Made by a program: the position numbers and the translations under genes. 63,713 nt of DNA from Agathobacter sp. (lineage in GTDB: Bacteria; Bacillota_I; Bacilli_A; Erysipelotrichales; Erysipelotrichaceae), in contig CAVCDR010000034.1 of assembly GCA_963601025.1 (NCBI GenBank), positions 1-63,713 of the forward strand, given 5' to 3'. Positions 30,444 through 39,736 of the stretch are shown here, piece after piece. The notes under the pieces are model-generated. The model was not told where the DNA came from and did no database searches. It saw only the letters and a list, made by a program, of their open reading frames with translations. Position 1 is the stretch's first letter; every line of letters begins with the position of its first letter.

Positions 30444-31265
30444 TTACATTGTAAGATTTTTGTTCATCCCTATTATTTTAGTTGTCGCCTTATAAAATCC
30501 ATCGTTCTTACAATCATCAGCTATATACTTAGCTAAAGACTTTATTCTATCGTTAGCGTTACCCATTGCATAAGACTCTATAACATTTTCAAACATTGAT
30601 AAATCATTGTTACTATCGCCAAATATAGCAATTTCATCATCCTTTATGTCATATTTTTCCATGAGTACTTTTATACCACTATACTTACTTACATCTTCAG
30701 CAATCACTTCAACGTTGTTAGGATCAGAACTAGTACAAGACAAGCCATCAATTAAACTTAATCTTTTATTAATTTCCTCTAACATTGTAAAATGTTCGCC
30801 ATCTAGTATCTCCACCTTACAAAAGGTAGTGTTATTTAAAATATCGTCATTTATTTCCTTTACTGAATCAAAGAAATTATTTCCAAAGACATTCATAGAA
30901 TTTCTAAAGCTATAAATTAAAACATCTTTCTTAACAACATAACGCATATCCTTGGTATATAGAATATAACCAACATCATATTCACTTATGACCTTAAGCA
31001 TCTTTTCTAAGATATCATTTTCAAAATTAATTAAAGATAATACATCACCCTTTTTATCTAAAACTAGTGATCCATTAACTAATACTTTTGGACAATTTAT
31101 TCCCTTTAAATCAAGAATATCAAGCTCTTGAATATTACGGCCTGTCGCAATTACAAACAAGATATCGTTTTCTTGTAGTTGTTTTATTGCCATATAATTG
31201 TTATCTGATAATTTCCCATTATATAAAAGGGTTCCATCTAAATCGCTCACAACACATTTAATCAT
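30444..31265 (-). CDS. Cof-type HAD-IIB phosphatase
   Basis: SDLDGTLL, ATGR and FGDSNND motifs. The start is ambiguous between 31274 and 31265. Confidence 0.8.
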   Translation of the reverse strand: MIKCVVSDLDGTLLYNGKLSDNNYMAIKQLQENDILFVIATGRNIQELDILDLKGINCPKVLVNGSLVLDKKGDVLSLINFENDILEKMLKVISEYDVGYILYTKDMRYVVKKDVLIYSFRNSMNVFGNNFFDSVKEINDDILNNTTFCKVEILDGEHFTMLEEINKRLSLIDGLSCTSSDPNNVEVIAEDVSKYSGIKVLMEKYDIKDDEIAIFGDSNNDLSMFENVIESYAMGNANDRIKSLAKYIADDCKNDGFYKATTKIIGMNKNLTM

Positions 31266-31299
31266 GTTTAACATTATAACAAAAGCATATAATATTTTT

Positions 31300-32580
31300 A
31301 TGAAACTTAAATTTATCTTAGTATTATTCTTAATCTTAAAATTTTTATGGAACCAATGGCTTAGCTATTTAACTTGGAAACAAAGAGAAAAGCCCCTTCC
31401 AGATGTCGTAAGTAACATTTATTCAAAAGAAAGGTATGAAAGCTATATAAGCTATAAAAAAGAGTATCGTAAGATAAGTCTTGGCTTAAGTGTTGTTTCT
31501 TTAATAATTGATTCGGTATTTATCCTATCAAATTTTTATACGCTATTTGATAATTCGAATCCTTATATAACTTGCGCTTTAACTGCTTTAGTATCACAAG
31601 TCATATCAAATCTAATAAGTTTGCCACTAGACTACTATGCAACTTTCTCTATTGAAGAAAGATATGGTAAAAATAAGAAAACTAAAAAAGAATGGTTAAA
31701 AGATTATCTAGTTAATCAATTATTGGAAATCATTGTTGAAATAGTAATATTTGGCTTTATTGTGTTTGTATGCAGTAATCTACCTAAATGGACAAATAAT
31801 TTCGATATCACTTATCTAAAATCATTTATCATATGTTTAATAATTGCACTAGCCTTATTCTTGATAATGACTCTATTATCATTTTTATCACTTGTATTTT
31901 TACGCATTCAATATAAGTTTGTAGAAATGGAAGACAACGATCTAAGAAAACAAATCGAAGAATATGCCAAAGAAGCTAAAAAGAAAGTTAAATATATCAA
32001 GATATACAATGAGTCAAAAAAATCAACTTCCAAAAACGCTTTCTTATTAAAAATACTATGGCATCGTGAATTTGGTATAGCTGATAACTTCTTAAACGAA
32101 AACGCAACAGATGAATTATTAGCTGTCTTACTACATGAAATAGGACACTTAAAACATAAAAAGAATATTTATAATTATCTAAATTATTTCTTCTTAGTAA
32201 TCTTGTTTATTTTTATTGTATGGCTACTACCAAATGCCAATTATGTCATAAATATAAATAACTATATTAATGCATCGTTTAATTTAAGATACACAAATTA
32301 TATTTTATCTTTGACGATATTAAGCTATGCCCTAACGCCATTAATATATATTAAATCAGTATATGGCAATTATGTTTCTTGCATGGAAGAAAAAGAAGCC
32401 GACTTTAATGCGGCAGATCATGGCTATGGACAAGCCTTAATTGATACCTTTAGCAAATTATCCAGCGATGAACTAATCGATGTTAATCCCCATCCTTTAG
32501 TTGAACTATTGGAATATAATCATCCAGGAATGTATAAACGTATTTCTTACATAAAAGAAAGGCAAAAGAAAATCGGATAA
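31300..32580 (+). CDS. M48 family (Ste24/CAAX-protease-like) membrane metalloprotease
   Basis: HEIGHLKH zinc motif, a polytopic N-terminal half and a C-terminal NHPGMYKRI. Start moved to ATG 31300 (MKLKFILVLFL); the track's upstream part is antisense to the HAD gene. Confidence 0.75.
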   Translation: MKLKFILVLFLILKFLWNQWLSYLTWKQREKPLPDVVSNIYSKERYESYISYKKEYRKISLGLSVVSLIIDSVFILSNFYTLFDNSNPYITCALTALVSQVISNLISLPLDYYATFSIEERYGKNKKTKKEWLKDYLVNQLLEIIVEIVIFGFIVFVCSNLPKWTNNFDITYLKSFIICLIIALALFLIMTLLSFLSLVFLRIQYKFVEMEDNDLRKQIEEYAKEAKKKVKYIKIYNESKKSTSKNAFLLKILWHREFGIADNFLNENATDELLAVLLHEIGHLKHKKNIYNYLNYFFLVILFIFIVWLLPNANYVININNYINASFNLRYTNYILSLTILSYALTPLIYIKSVYGNYVSCMEEKEADFNAADHGYGQALIDTFSKLSSDELIDVNPHPLVELLEYNHPGMYKRISYIKERQKKIG

Positions 32581-32597
32581 TAATCCGATTTTCTTTT
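32571..32597 (+). terminator. Intrinsic terminator
   Basis: AATCGGAT-AATA-ATCCGATT followed by TTCTTTT. Confidence 0.6.
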
Positions 32598-32599
32598 AC

Positions 32600-33019
32600 T
32601 TAGAATTTAAAAATATTTATGCCGATTGCCTCGTTTTTAACACGATCAACTCTTCCATCAAGCACATTAATAAACATCTCACAAGTTGCGCTTATTCTAG
32701 CTTCATTTAAATGGCCACCTACACAATTACATTTATCATCAGCACAAGTAATATGTAAATGACTATAAAATTCATCATTCATCGTACTAATATTGCCAAC
32801 TAGAGATGTTATTTCAAAGACACCATTAAACTCTGTCTTATAGTATTTTTGTTCAGGAATAGAATAAACACCAGCTACAAAATGATCAGTTGCCCCAATT
32901 GCACTAACACTAGCCAACTTTACATCTTCTTTTAAGCATACATCCTTTAATGTTTCAAGAATTTCTTCACCAACATCCATTCTTACAACAATATTGTTAC
33001 CAAATCGCTTATATTCCAT
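32600..33019 (-). CDS. PPC (DUF296) domain protein
   Basis: 139 aa. The pattern VVRMDVGEEILETL...LASVSAIGA...LHITCAD is typical of PPC-domain proteins. Confidence 0.6.
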   Translation of the reverse strand: MEYKRFGNNIVVRMDVGEEILETLKDVCLKEDVKLASVSAIGATDHFVAGVYSIPEQKYYKTEFNGVFEITSLVGNISTMNDEFYSHLHITCADDKCNCVGGHLNEARISATCEMFINVLDGRVDRVKNEAIGINIFKF

Positions 33020-33021
33020 AT

Positions 33022-33669
33022 TTATGCCTCTTTTCTTTTTCTCCTAGGAGAATGTTTTTGGTTATATAACAAGATAAAACGAGCCAAAACATAAGTTACA
33101 ACTAAAATCGCAACAGCCCAAATAATACTAATTAATGGTGTGTTTCTATTAACCATCAAGAATGGATAAGGGCCTGCAACTTTACTAGTCATATTTAAAA
33201 TTACTAATACTACTGCATATAAAACAGTAGGTAAAAGAGCTAAAGTAATTGTTTTCTTTTTATTTAGTCTACGGTCACCTTCAAATAATGTAAATGAAAC
33301 TACAGCTAAAATTGGACATAATAGATGGAAAAATAAGAAAGATTTATTTGTTAGATAAAACAATAAACCTTGGAAATAATTTCCATCATAAGTGCTTGCT
33401 AGATAGAAGATAACTACAAAAGTAAGCGCAAGACAAGTTGTTGCGAAATATCTTAACAATAGTACAAAGTAAGGAAGTTCGCCAACATCTTTTTTAATAA
33501 GCATATATATTACAAAAAGTAAGCTCGCTACTAAACTTAAGATATTGGCATCATTAGTATAGAAAGTAAAGATATTCCCTTCATCTAATGCTAGATATAA
33601 GCCAACACCACCAAATATAACTAATAAAACATTAATAATTAAAGACCATTTATTTCTATTGTTCATCAC
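33022..33669 (-). CDS. Hypothetical integral membrane protein
   Basis: 215 aa with about 6 TM spans and a basic tail. Confidence 0.6.
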   Translation of the reverse strand: MMNNRNKWSLIINVLLVIFGGVGLYLALDEGNIFTFYTNDANILSLVASLLFVIYMLIKKDVGELPYFVLLLRYFATTCLALTFVVIFYLASTYDGNYFQGLLFYLTNKSFLFFHLLCPILAVVSFTLFEGDRRLNKKKTITLALLPTVLYAVVLVILNMTSKVAGPYPFLMVNRNTPLISIIWAVAILVVTYVLARFILLYNQKHSPRRKRKEA

Positions 33670-34489
33670 AAATCCTCTTAACTAAATCATTTAAATAGTT
33701 TCCATCATATTTAACAATTTCGCCATCATCTACAAGTCTTGCAAGGCTTGGATCAATAGGAAGCTTAGCTAACACTTCTAAGTTATATTTACTTGCGACA
33801 TTAACGGTATCATCATTGTTGTAGATTTGAATATCTTTACCACAACCATCGCACTTCACATAAGCCATGTTTTCAACTAGTCCAACAACTGGAACCTTAA
33901 CTTCCTTAGTCATGTTGATAGCTTTAGCTACAACCATTGAAACCAACTTACTTGGGGTAGTAACCATAACTACTTGGTCAACTGGTAAACTTTGGAATAC
34001 AGTCAAGGCAACATCACCAGTGCCAGGAGGCATATCGATTAATAGATAGTCCAAGTCGCCCCAGTGTACCTCACTATAGAATTGATTAATAACGCCACCT
34101 AAAATAGGTCCTCTCCAAAGTACAGGTGATTCCTTATCTTCTAGCATCATATTGATTGATACAGACTTAATACCACTTTCGTTTTCAAATGGGAAAATGC
34201 CTTTATCATCGCCATATATTTCACCATCAAAACCAAATATCTTTGCAATGCTTGGGCCTGTGATATCCGAATCAAGAATGCCAACTTTCTTACCCATTCT
34301 ATTTAATTCACAAGCCAACAAAGAAGTGACCATTGACTTACCAACGCCACCCTTGCCACTTAATACAGCAATTATCTTCTTGATATGGCTATCTTCAGTA
34401 GTAGTTAATTTCTTACTGCCACATTCACCATTACAACTCTCGCAACTATTTTCACTTCCACAGCTTTCGCAATTTCCATTACAGCTCAT
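33656..34489 (-). CDS. Mrp/NBP35/ApbC-family P-loop ATPase (Fe-S cluster carrier) with a Cys-rich N-terminus
   Basis: Deviant Walker A SGKGGVGKS, a CDGCGKD (CxxC) motif, and an N-terminal CNGNCESCGSENSCESCNGECGS. Confidence 0.85.
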   Translation of the reverse strand: MSCNGNCESCGSENSCESCNGECGSKKLTTTEDSHIKKIIAVLSGKGGVGKSMVTSLLACELNRMGKKVGILDSDITGPSIAKIFGFDGEIYGDDKGIFPFENESGIKSVSINMMLEDKESPVLWRGPILGGVINQFYSEVHWGDLDYLLIDMPPGTGDVALTVFQSLPVDQVVMVTTPSKLVSMVVAKAINMTKEVKVPVVGLVENMAYVKCDGCGKDIQIYNNDDTVNVASKYNLEVLAKLPIDPSLARLVDDGEIVKYDGNYLNDLVKRICDEQ

Positions 34490-34500
34490 ATATATTCCTC

Positions 34501-35064
34501 CTATTCAAATAAATTTTGGCTTTCTTCTTCATCGCTACCAAATTCTGGTAAATCTGGTAGTTCACTTAATGTATTAAGCTTAAAGCTATCCATAAACTCT
34601 TCTGTTACTTCATATAATATTGGCTTACCAGGTGCATCACTTCGACCAGCTTCCTTAATTAAATTTCTAGCCAACAATCTTCTAAGCATCATATCAGCAC
34701 CAACACCTCTTAATTCTTCAATTTCAATTCTTGTGACTGGCTGTTTATATGCAATTATTGCCAAAGTCTCTAACGCGCTTTGCGATAATGTATTTGGCTT
34801 TGCATTATGGAATAAAATTTGGGCATAAGGGAAAACATCCTTCTTAGAAACAAATTTATAGCTTTTACCATAATCTACAAGCTCTATGCCGTATAACTCA
34901 CTTGCATACTTATTTTTAATATTTTCAAGAATGGCTAAAGTATCCTCTTCACTTTTCTCAATTGTATTAGCTAATTGTTCAACCTTGACACCTTCATCGC
35001 CCACAATAAACAACAATCCTTCTACAATAGCTTCTACATTATCTGGTTGTTTAACTTCACTCAT
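34501..35064 (-). CDS. scpB: Segregation and condensation protein B
   Basis: 187 aa. IVEGLLFIVGDEG and ALETLAIIAYKQPVTRIEIEELRGV motifs. Confidence 0.9.
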   Translation of the reverse strand: MSEVKQPDNVEAIVEGLLFIVGDEGVKVEQLANTIEKSEEDTLAILENIKNKYASELYGIELVDYGKSYKFVSKKDVFPYAQILFHNAKPNTLSQSALETLAIIAYKQPVTRIEIEELRGVGADMMLRRLLARNLIKEAGRSDAPGKPILYEVTEEFMDSFKLNTLSELPDLPEFGSDEEESQNLFE

Positions 35065-35789
35065 ACTTCGCTTCCTTTTTTAAACCATATATCATCATTT
35101 TCATCTACATTAAATACTAATAAATGATCTTTTGCCATAACTAGTACTGCTAAAAAAGTCGCAATATATTCTTGAACATCATGGCAATCATCTATTAAAG
35201 TATCAAAATCAAAAGTTTTTGGTAAACTAGATAATCTTGATTTTATCTGCAAGATTCTATCTTCTGTCGAAACTTCCTTGGTTGTTACTTTAGTCTCAAT
35301 AGGCTTAGACAATTGTAATCTTCTAAGCACTTTATTCATAGCTCTTAATAAATCATAAGGATTGCCTTCTATCTTTTGATCATCAAGATTATTATTATTT
35401 ACAGAATCTAAAGAAATAGGCTTAGACAATTGATCTTGTCTTTCTAAGAAAGATTTATTTAATTCAGAACTAACTTCCTTATATTTTTGATATTCAAGTA
35501 AACGTTGCACCAATCTTTCTTTTGGGTCCTCTTGGTAATCATCTTCAATATCATCACTCTTTTTAGGAAGTAACTTTTTCGATTTATATTCAATCAAAGT
35601 AGCAAGTTCTACTAAATACTCGCTCTCAATCTCCAATTCCAGTTTTTCCATCTTATTTAAATATTGAATATATTGGTCAGTTAAAACTTCCATATCCAAA
35701 TCAAAAATATCTAATTCTTGTTCCTTAATAAGATGAAGCATTAGATCTAAAGGGCCTTCAAATTTAAGTGTTTCGACTGTAAATCCCAT
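35061..35789 (-). CDS. scpA: Segregation and condensation protein A
   Basis: 242 aa. FEGPLDLMLHLI N-terminus. 4-nt overlap with scpB. Confidence 0.9.
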   Translation of the reverse strand: MGFTVETLKFEGPLDLMLHLIKEQELDIFDLDMEVLTDQYIQYLNKMEKLELEIESEYLVELATLIEYKSKKLLPKKSDDIEDDYQEDPKERLVQRLLEYQKYKEVSSELNKSFLERQDQLSKPISLDSVNNNNLDDQKIEGNPYDLLRAMNKVLRRLQLSKPIETKVTTKEVSTEDRILQIKSRLSSLPKTFDFDTLIDDCHDVQEYIATFLAVLVMAKDHLLVFNVDENDDIWFKKGSEV

Positions 35790-35842
35790 AATCCTATTAA
35801 TTATAGCACGCGAGATAATATAATAGGGATGGAGGAAATAAT

Positions 35843-36298
35843 ATGATAATTGGAATCGCTAATGACCATGCGGCAACAGAATTAAAATTTGCATTAATAA
35901 AATATCTAGAAGAAAAGGGACATACTGTAATTAATTATGGCTTTGATACAAACGAAAGTTGTGATTATCCAATAGCTGGTGAAAAATTAGCTAATGGTAT
36001 TATAAACAAAGAGTGTGAAAGAGGCATCGCCATATGTGGAACAGGTGTAGGAATTTCTATCGCCTGTAATAAAGTAAATGGCATAAGAGCAGGGGTATGT
36101 TCAGAAACTAAAACAGCTGCCCTAATAAGAGAGCATAATGATGCCCAAATCATCGCCTTTGGCGCTAGAATCGTTGATCTAGAAAAAGCTAAAGAACTAG
36201 TAGATACTTTCTTAAATACTGAATTCTATGATCCAAATGGTAGACATACTAGAAGAATAAACGAATTAAAGCAAATCGAAGATAAACAAAAACAATAA
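35843..36298 (+). CDS. rpiB: Ribose-5-phosphate isomerase B
   Basis: 151 aa. GIANDHAA and ICGTGVGISIACNK motifs. Confidence 0.9.
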   Translation: MIIGIANDHAATELKFALIKYLEEKGHTVINYGFDTNESCDYPIAGEKLANGIINKECERGIAICGTGVGISIACNKVNGIRAGVCSETKTAALIREHNDAQIIAFGARIVDLEKAKELVDTFLNTEFYDPNGRHTRRINELKQIEDKQKQ

Positions 36299-36326
36299 TA
36301 GAAAGCCATTATTAGTTAATATGTTA

Positions 36327-36349
36327 AGCTGTGACATTCACAGCTTTTA
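36327..36349 (+). terminator. Intrinsic terminator after rpiB
   Basis: AAGCTGTGA-CAT-TCACAGCTT followed by TT. Confidence 0.6.
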
Positions 36350-36430
36350 TAATACTTAAAATTATTGTTTACAATGAAATAAATTAATGTTATTGTTAGT
36401 TAAGTAAAAAATATTTCATTAGGAGGACAA

Positions 36431-36805
36431 ATGAACAAATATATTCAAACTGAAAATGCACCCAAAGCAATAGGCCCTTATTCACAAGCTATTGTTGCTG
36501 GTAACCTATTATTCTTATCAGGAGTAATGCCTATTGATCCAAGTACTGATAGCTTGGTTGAAAGTGATATTGTAAAACAAACTAAACAAGTAGTTAAAAA
36601 CATTGACGCTTTACTTAAGGAAGCAGGCTATAGCAAAGAGGATGTTGTTAAGACTACTTGCTTTTTAAGCGACATCAACAACTTCGCTGAATTCAATAAA
36701 GTATATGGCGAATATTTCACTAGTAAGCCTTGTAGATCTTGTGTAGCTGTAAAAGATTTGCCTAAGGCAGCTCTAGTTGAAGTTGAAGTAATTGCTAGTA
36801 AATAA
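36431..36805 (+). CDS. ridA: RidA family reactive enamine/imine deaminase
   Basis: 124 aa. APKAIGPYSQA and PCRSCVAVKDLPKAALVEVEVIA motifs. Confidence 0.9.
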   Translation: MNKYIQTENAPKAIGPYSQAIVAGNLLFLSGVMPIDPSTDSLVESDIVKQTKQVVKNIDALLKEAGYSKEDVVKTTCFLSDINNFAEFNKVYGEYFTSKPCRSCVAVKDLPKAALVEVEVIASK

Positions 36806-37046
36806 TTTACGCATTAACAAGTGATTCAACATTTAATGCATTGACTATAATCGCGTTTATCCCATTCTTACTTGCATGATTATAGTCATAAGTGTTGTGT
36901 TAACTATTTATGCGAGTTGATAACTCTAGATGTATTATTCCATTTAGAGTTATCGCTTAATCGCATATTATAGAATCTTGTTTTAACATATATTAATATG
37001 ATTATAAGGGAATCTAAGTATTCCCTTAATTTATTTAGAGGAAAAC

Positions 37047-38258
37047 ATGGAAATAAAAGATAAAATGATACCCGCTTTTAAAAAAGCGCAAGGTGGTTTA
37101 TTTACAAGTGTAGAAAAAGCCGATGTAGGAAGTTCTTATCAAGAAATGGAAAAACAAGGCATAGCCTTAATGGGTTGGGCTGATCCTTTTATGCCTGATA
37201 AATCTATCCCAAAGTTTATTGAAGATGCTTTAATTAAAGCCATCAAGGAAGAAAGCGCACCCCACTATACCGCACCAATAGGTAGTGAAGAACTAAAGGA
37301 ATTAATAGCTGATAAACTAAAGAAACAAAACAATTTAAATGTTGACCCAAAAAGGAATATCATCATTACCCCTGGTTCAGATAGTGGCTTATATTTTTCC
37401 ATATTACCATTTATAAATGATGGTGATGAAGTAATGATACCTTCTCCATCTTATCCAAATAATTATTTAGATGTTGAAATTATGGGTGGCAAAGTAGTTC
37501 CTATTGTATTAAGTAAAGAAGATAACTACCAATTAGATATTAGACAAATGGAAGAAAAAGTAACTTCTAAAACAAAGATGGTAATCATTACTCACCCTAA
37601 TAATCCCACTACTACCGTTTATAATGAGAAATCTTTGAATGATTTAAGAGAATTTGTGATTGAACATGATTTGTTACTAGTGGTAGATCAAGCCTTTGAA
37701 GATTTTACTTATGAAAACAAAATGATTACTCCAGCTAGTTTAGATGGAATGTTTGAAAGAACTATAACAGTATTTTCTTTTTCTAAAGGCATGGGACTAA
37801 GTGGTTTAAGAGTTGGCTATATCGTGGCTGATGATAAGATAATGGACACAATGTACGCTAATGCGGTTGGTGTTATTGGTGCTACTTCCACATCTAGTCA
37901 AAAGGCAATTATTGAAGCTATTAAGCATCCTGAATTTATGAAAGAATTTGAAGATGCCTATAAAATAAGAAGAGAAAAAGCCTACGAAATACTAAATAGT
38001 ATTCCTAATGTTTCATGTACAAAACCCGAATCAGGTTTCTTATGTTGGCTAGATGTTTCTAAGATTGGTGATTCAACTTCAATTGTAAATTATCTATTAA
38101 AGGAAGCTAAAGTATCGGTTAATGATGGTAAGAACTATGGCGAAGGTGGAGATGGCCATATAAGAATTGTATTAGGTGTTTATAAAGACAATCGAAAAGT
38201 TATTGACGCCTTAAATAGAATAAAAGCCGCATTAATTAAATATCAAACTTTGTTATAA
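37047..38258 (+). CDS. Class I/II PLP-dependent aminotransferase
   Basis: 403 aa. THPNNPTT, VVDQAFEDF and the PLP-Lys motif SFSKGMGLSGLRVGY. Confidence 0.85.
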   Translation: MEIKDKMIPAFKKAQGGLFTSVEKADVGSSYQEMEKQGIALMGWADPFMPDKSIPKFIEDALIKAIKEESAPHYTAPIGSEELKELIADKLKKQNNLNVDPKRNIIITPGSDSGLYFSILPFINDGDEVMIPSPSYPNNYLDVEIMGGKVVPIVLSKEDNYQLDIRQMEEKVTSKTKMVIITHPNNPTTTVYNEKSLNDLREFVIEHDLLLVVDQAFEDFTYENKMITPASLDGMFERTITVFSFSKGMGLSGLRVGYIVADDKIMDTMYANAVGVIGATSTSSQKAIIEAIKHPEFMKEFEDAYKIRREKAYEILNSIPNVSCTKPESGFLCWLDVSKIGDSTSIVNYLLKEAKVSVNDGKNYGEGGDGHIRIVLGVYKDNRKVIDALNRIKAALIKYQTLL

Positions 38259-38265
38259 TCAATTT

Positions 38266-38913
38266 ATGAAATTAAGTAAGAATGATAAAGAAATTTTAGA
38301 ATCATATAAATCTTCTATCGAAGGTTTAGCCAAGTATTTAGGACATAGCTATGAGATAGTCTTACATTCCCTAGAAGATTTAGATAACTCAGTAATCGCC
38401 ATATGTAATGGTGAACATACAGGCAGAAAAATTGGCGCGCCAATTACGGATTTAGCCTTAAAGATGCTTGATCAAATTGAAACTACAAATGAAAATTCCA
38501 TAGTCTATTTTTCGCAAAATAGAAAAGGTGAGCCACTTAAATCAACTACTATCGCTATTGTGGGAGAGAACAATAAGACAATTGGACTATTATGTATAAA
38601 CATGTATCTAAACACTTCTTTTAAAGAAGTTCTAGAATCATTTACACCAAATAAGACGGTAAGAGAAAACTATAATCAAAATGTTGAAGATTTGATTATG
38701 AATGCTTATGAAATAGAAAAGAATAGCGTTTTATCAGACAATAGTATTCTTCCTTCAAATAAAAACAAGGTCATCATCGAAAGACTTTATGATAAGGGAA
38801 TATTCCAAATGAAGGATGCTGTACTTGAAATTGAAAAGTTAACGGGATTATCTAAAAATACTGTTTATCTTCATATTAGAAACCACAAGAAAAACCTTAA
38901 GGATGCCAAATGA
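38266..38913 (+). CDS. YheO-like PAS/HTH transcriptional regulator
   Basis: 215 aa. SYEIVLHSLEDLDNSVIAICNGEHTGRKIGAPITD (YheO-type PAS pattern) and a C-terminal HTH (LTGLSKNTVYLHIRN). Confidence 0.7.
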   Translation: MKLSKNDKEILESYKSSIEGLAKYLGHSYEIVLHSLEDLDNSVIAICNGEHTGRKIGAPITDLALKMLDQIETTNENSIVYFSQNRKGEPLKSTTIAIVGENNKTIGLLCINMYLNTSFKEVLESFTPNKTVRENYNQNVEDLIMNAYEIEKNSVLSDNSILPSNKNKVIIERLYDKGIFQMKDAVLEIEKLTGLSKNTVYLHIRNHKKNLKDAK

Positions 38914-38924
38914 CATCCTTTTTA
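38899..38924. terminator. Hairpin between convergent genes
   Basis: AAGGATG-CCAAATGA-CATCCTT followed by TTT. Confidence 0.45.
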
Positions 38925-39698
38925 AATTAAATCAAAATGTTTTAAAGCTAGATAGATGCCATCATCCTTACAATCACTTGTAACATAGTCGGCAATCTTT
39001 TTTAAATCAGCACTGCCATTACCCATAGCAATGCCTACACCAACATACTCAAGCATATCAAAATCATTGTTACTATCACCAAAGGCCATCGTTTCCTCAA
39101 GTTTAATATTTTCTTTATCAATAAATCTTTTAATGCCCTTTGCCTTTCCGCCATCTAAAGGAATTAAATCAGCCATCAAAGGATGCCAAGAAGTAATTTT
39201 TAGATATTTCAAATTCTCTTTTAAAATTGATAAATCATCTTTATTTGCATAAATTAAAGCTTGATATATCTTTTCGCCTTGATACTCTTTTATAGGAAAG
39301 GTTTCTTTATTGAATTGTTTATAAATACTACTATTTATTGAATTAAGGCAATTAATATAACTACCATTTTCACTTTTTAAACATATGGCATATTCTTTTT
39401 GTTTAAATAGTTTAACAACTTCATTTGTTTGCCTATCATCAAAAGTTTGAATATAAAATGGAATCCCATTTTCATCAATACAACATTGTCCCGTAGAAGC
39501 TATAATTCCATCAAACCTTATTCTATCCAAAACATCATTACCTCTGCCGACTTCTCTAAAATCACGTCCTGAACAAATAATACATTTAATGCCTTTTTCT
39601 TGTAGAAGCTTAATGGACTTAAAGGCGCTTTCAACCATTTTACTTTCACCAATTGGTACCAAGGTACCATCTATATCAAAAAATATCGCTTTTACCAT
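38922..39698 (-). CDS. Cof-type HAD-IIB phosphatase
   Basis: FFDIDGTLV, CSGR and FGDSNNDFDM motifs. Confidence 0.8.
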   Translation of the reverse strand: MVKAIFFDIDGTLVPIGESKMVESAFKSIKLLQEKGIKCIICSGRDFREVGRGNDVLDRIRFDGIIASTGQCCIDENGIPFYIQTFDDRQTNEVVKLFKQKEYAICLKSENGSYINCLNSINSSIYKQFNKETFPIKEYQGEKIYQALIYANKDDLSILKENLKYLKITSWHPLMADLIPLDGGKAKGIKRFIDKENIKLEETMAFGDSNNDFDMLEYVGVGIAMGNGSADLKKIADYVTSDCKDDGIYLALKHFDLI

Positions 39699-39711
39699 AA
39701 AACGATTATAA

Positions 39712-39736
39712 CAAAAGGGCCATATTTATGGCCCCT
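39712..39736 (-). terminator. Intrinsic terminator of leuS
   Basis: Minus strand reads GGGGCCAT-AAAT-ATGGCCC followed by TTTTG. Confidence 0.6.

Noticed and set aside
33656-34489. The Cys-rich N-terminal extension (seven Cys in about 25 aa) of the Mrp/ApbC ATPase as a novel feature
   Set aside because: CxxC-rich N-terminal extensions occur on Mrp/NBP35 homologues in anaerobic Firmicutes and plausibly bind an Fe-S cluster or metal. Noted, but not unusual enough to flag.
34152-34577. 141-aa plus-strand ORF; likewise 12181..12591(-), 44215..44523(+), 42577..43326(+), 8316..10014(+) and 56033..56251(-)
   Set aside because: These are antisense or alternate-frame shadows inside well-supported CDSs (mrp, MFS, EIIA/reductase, uvrA, ezrA). 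They have Ser/Pro/Leu/Thr-rich nonsense composition and no ribosome-binding sites.
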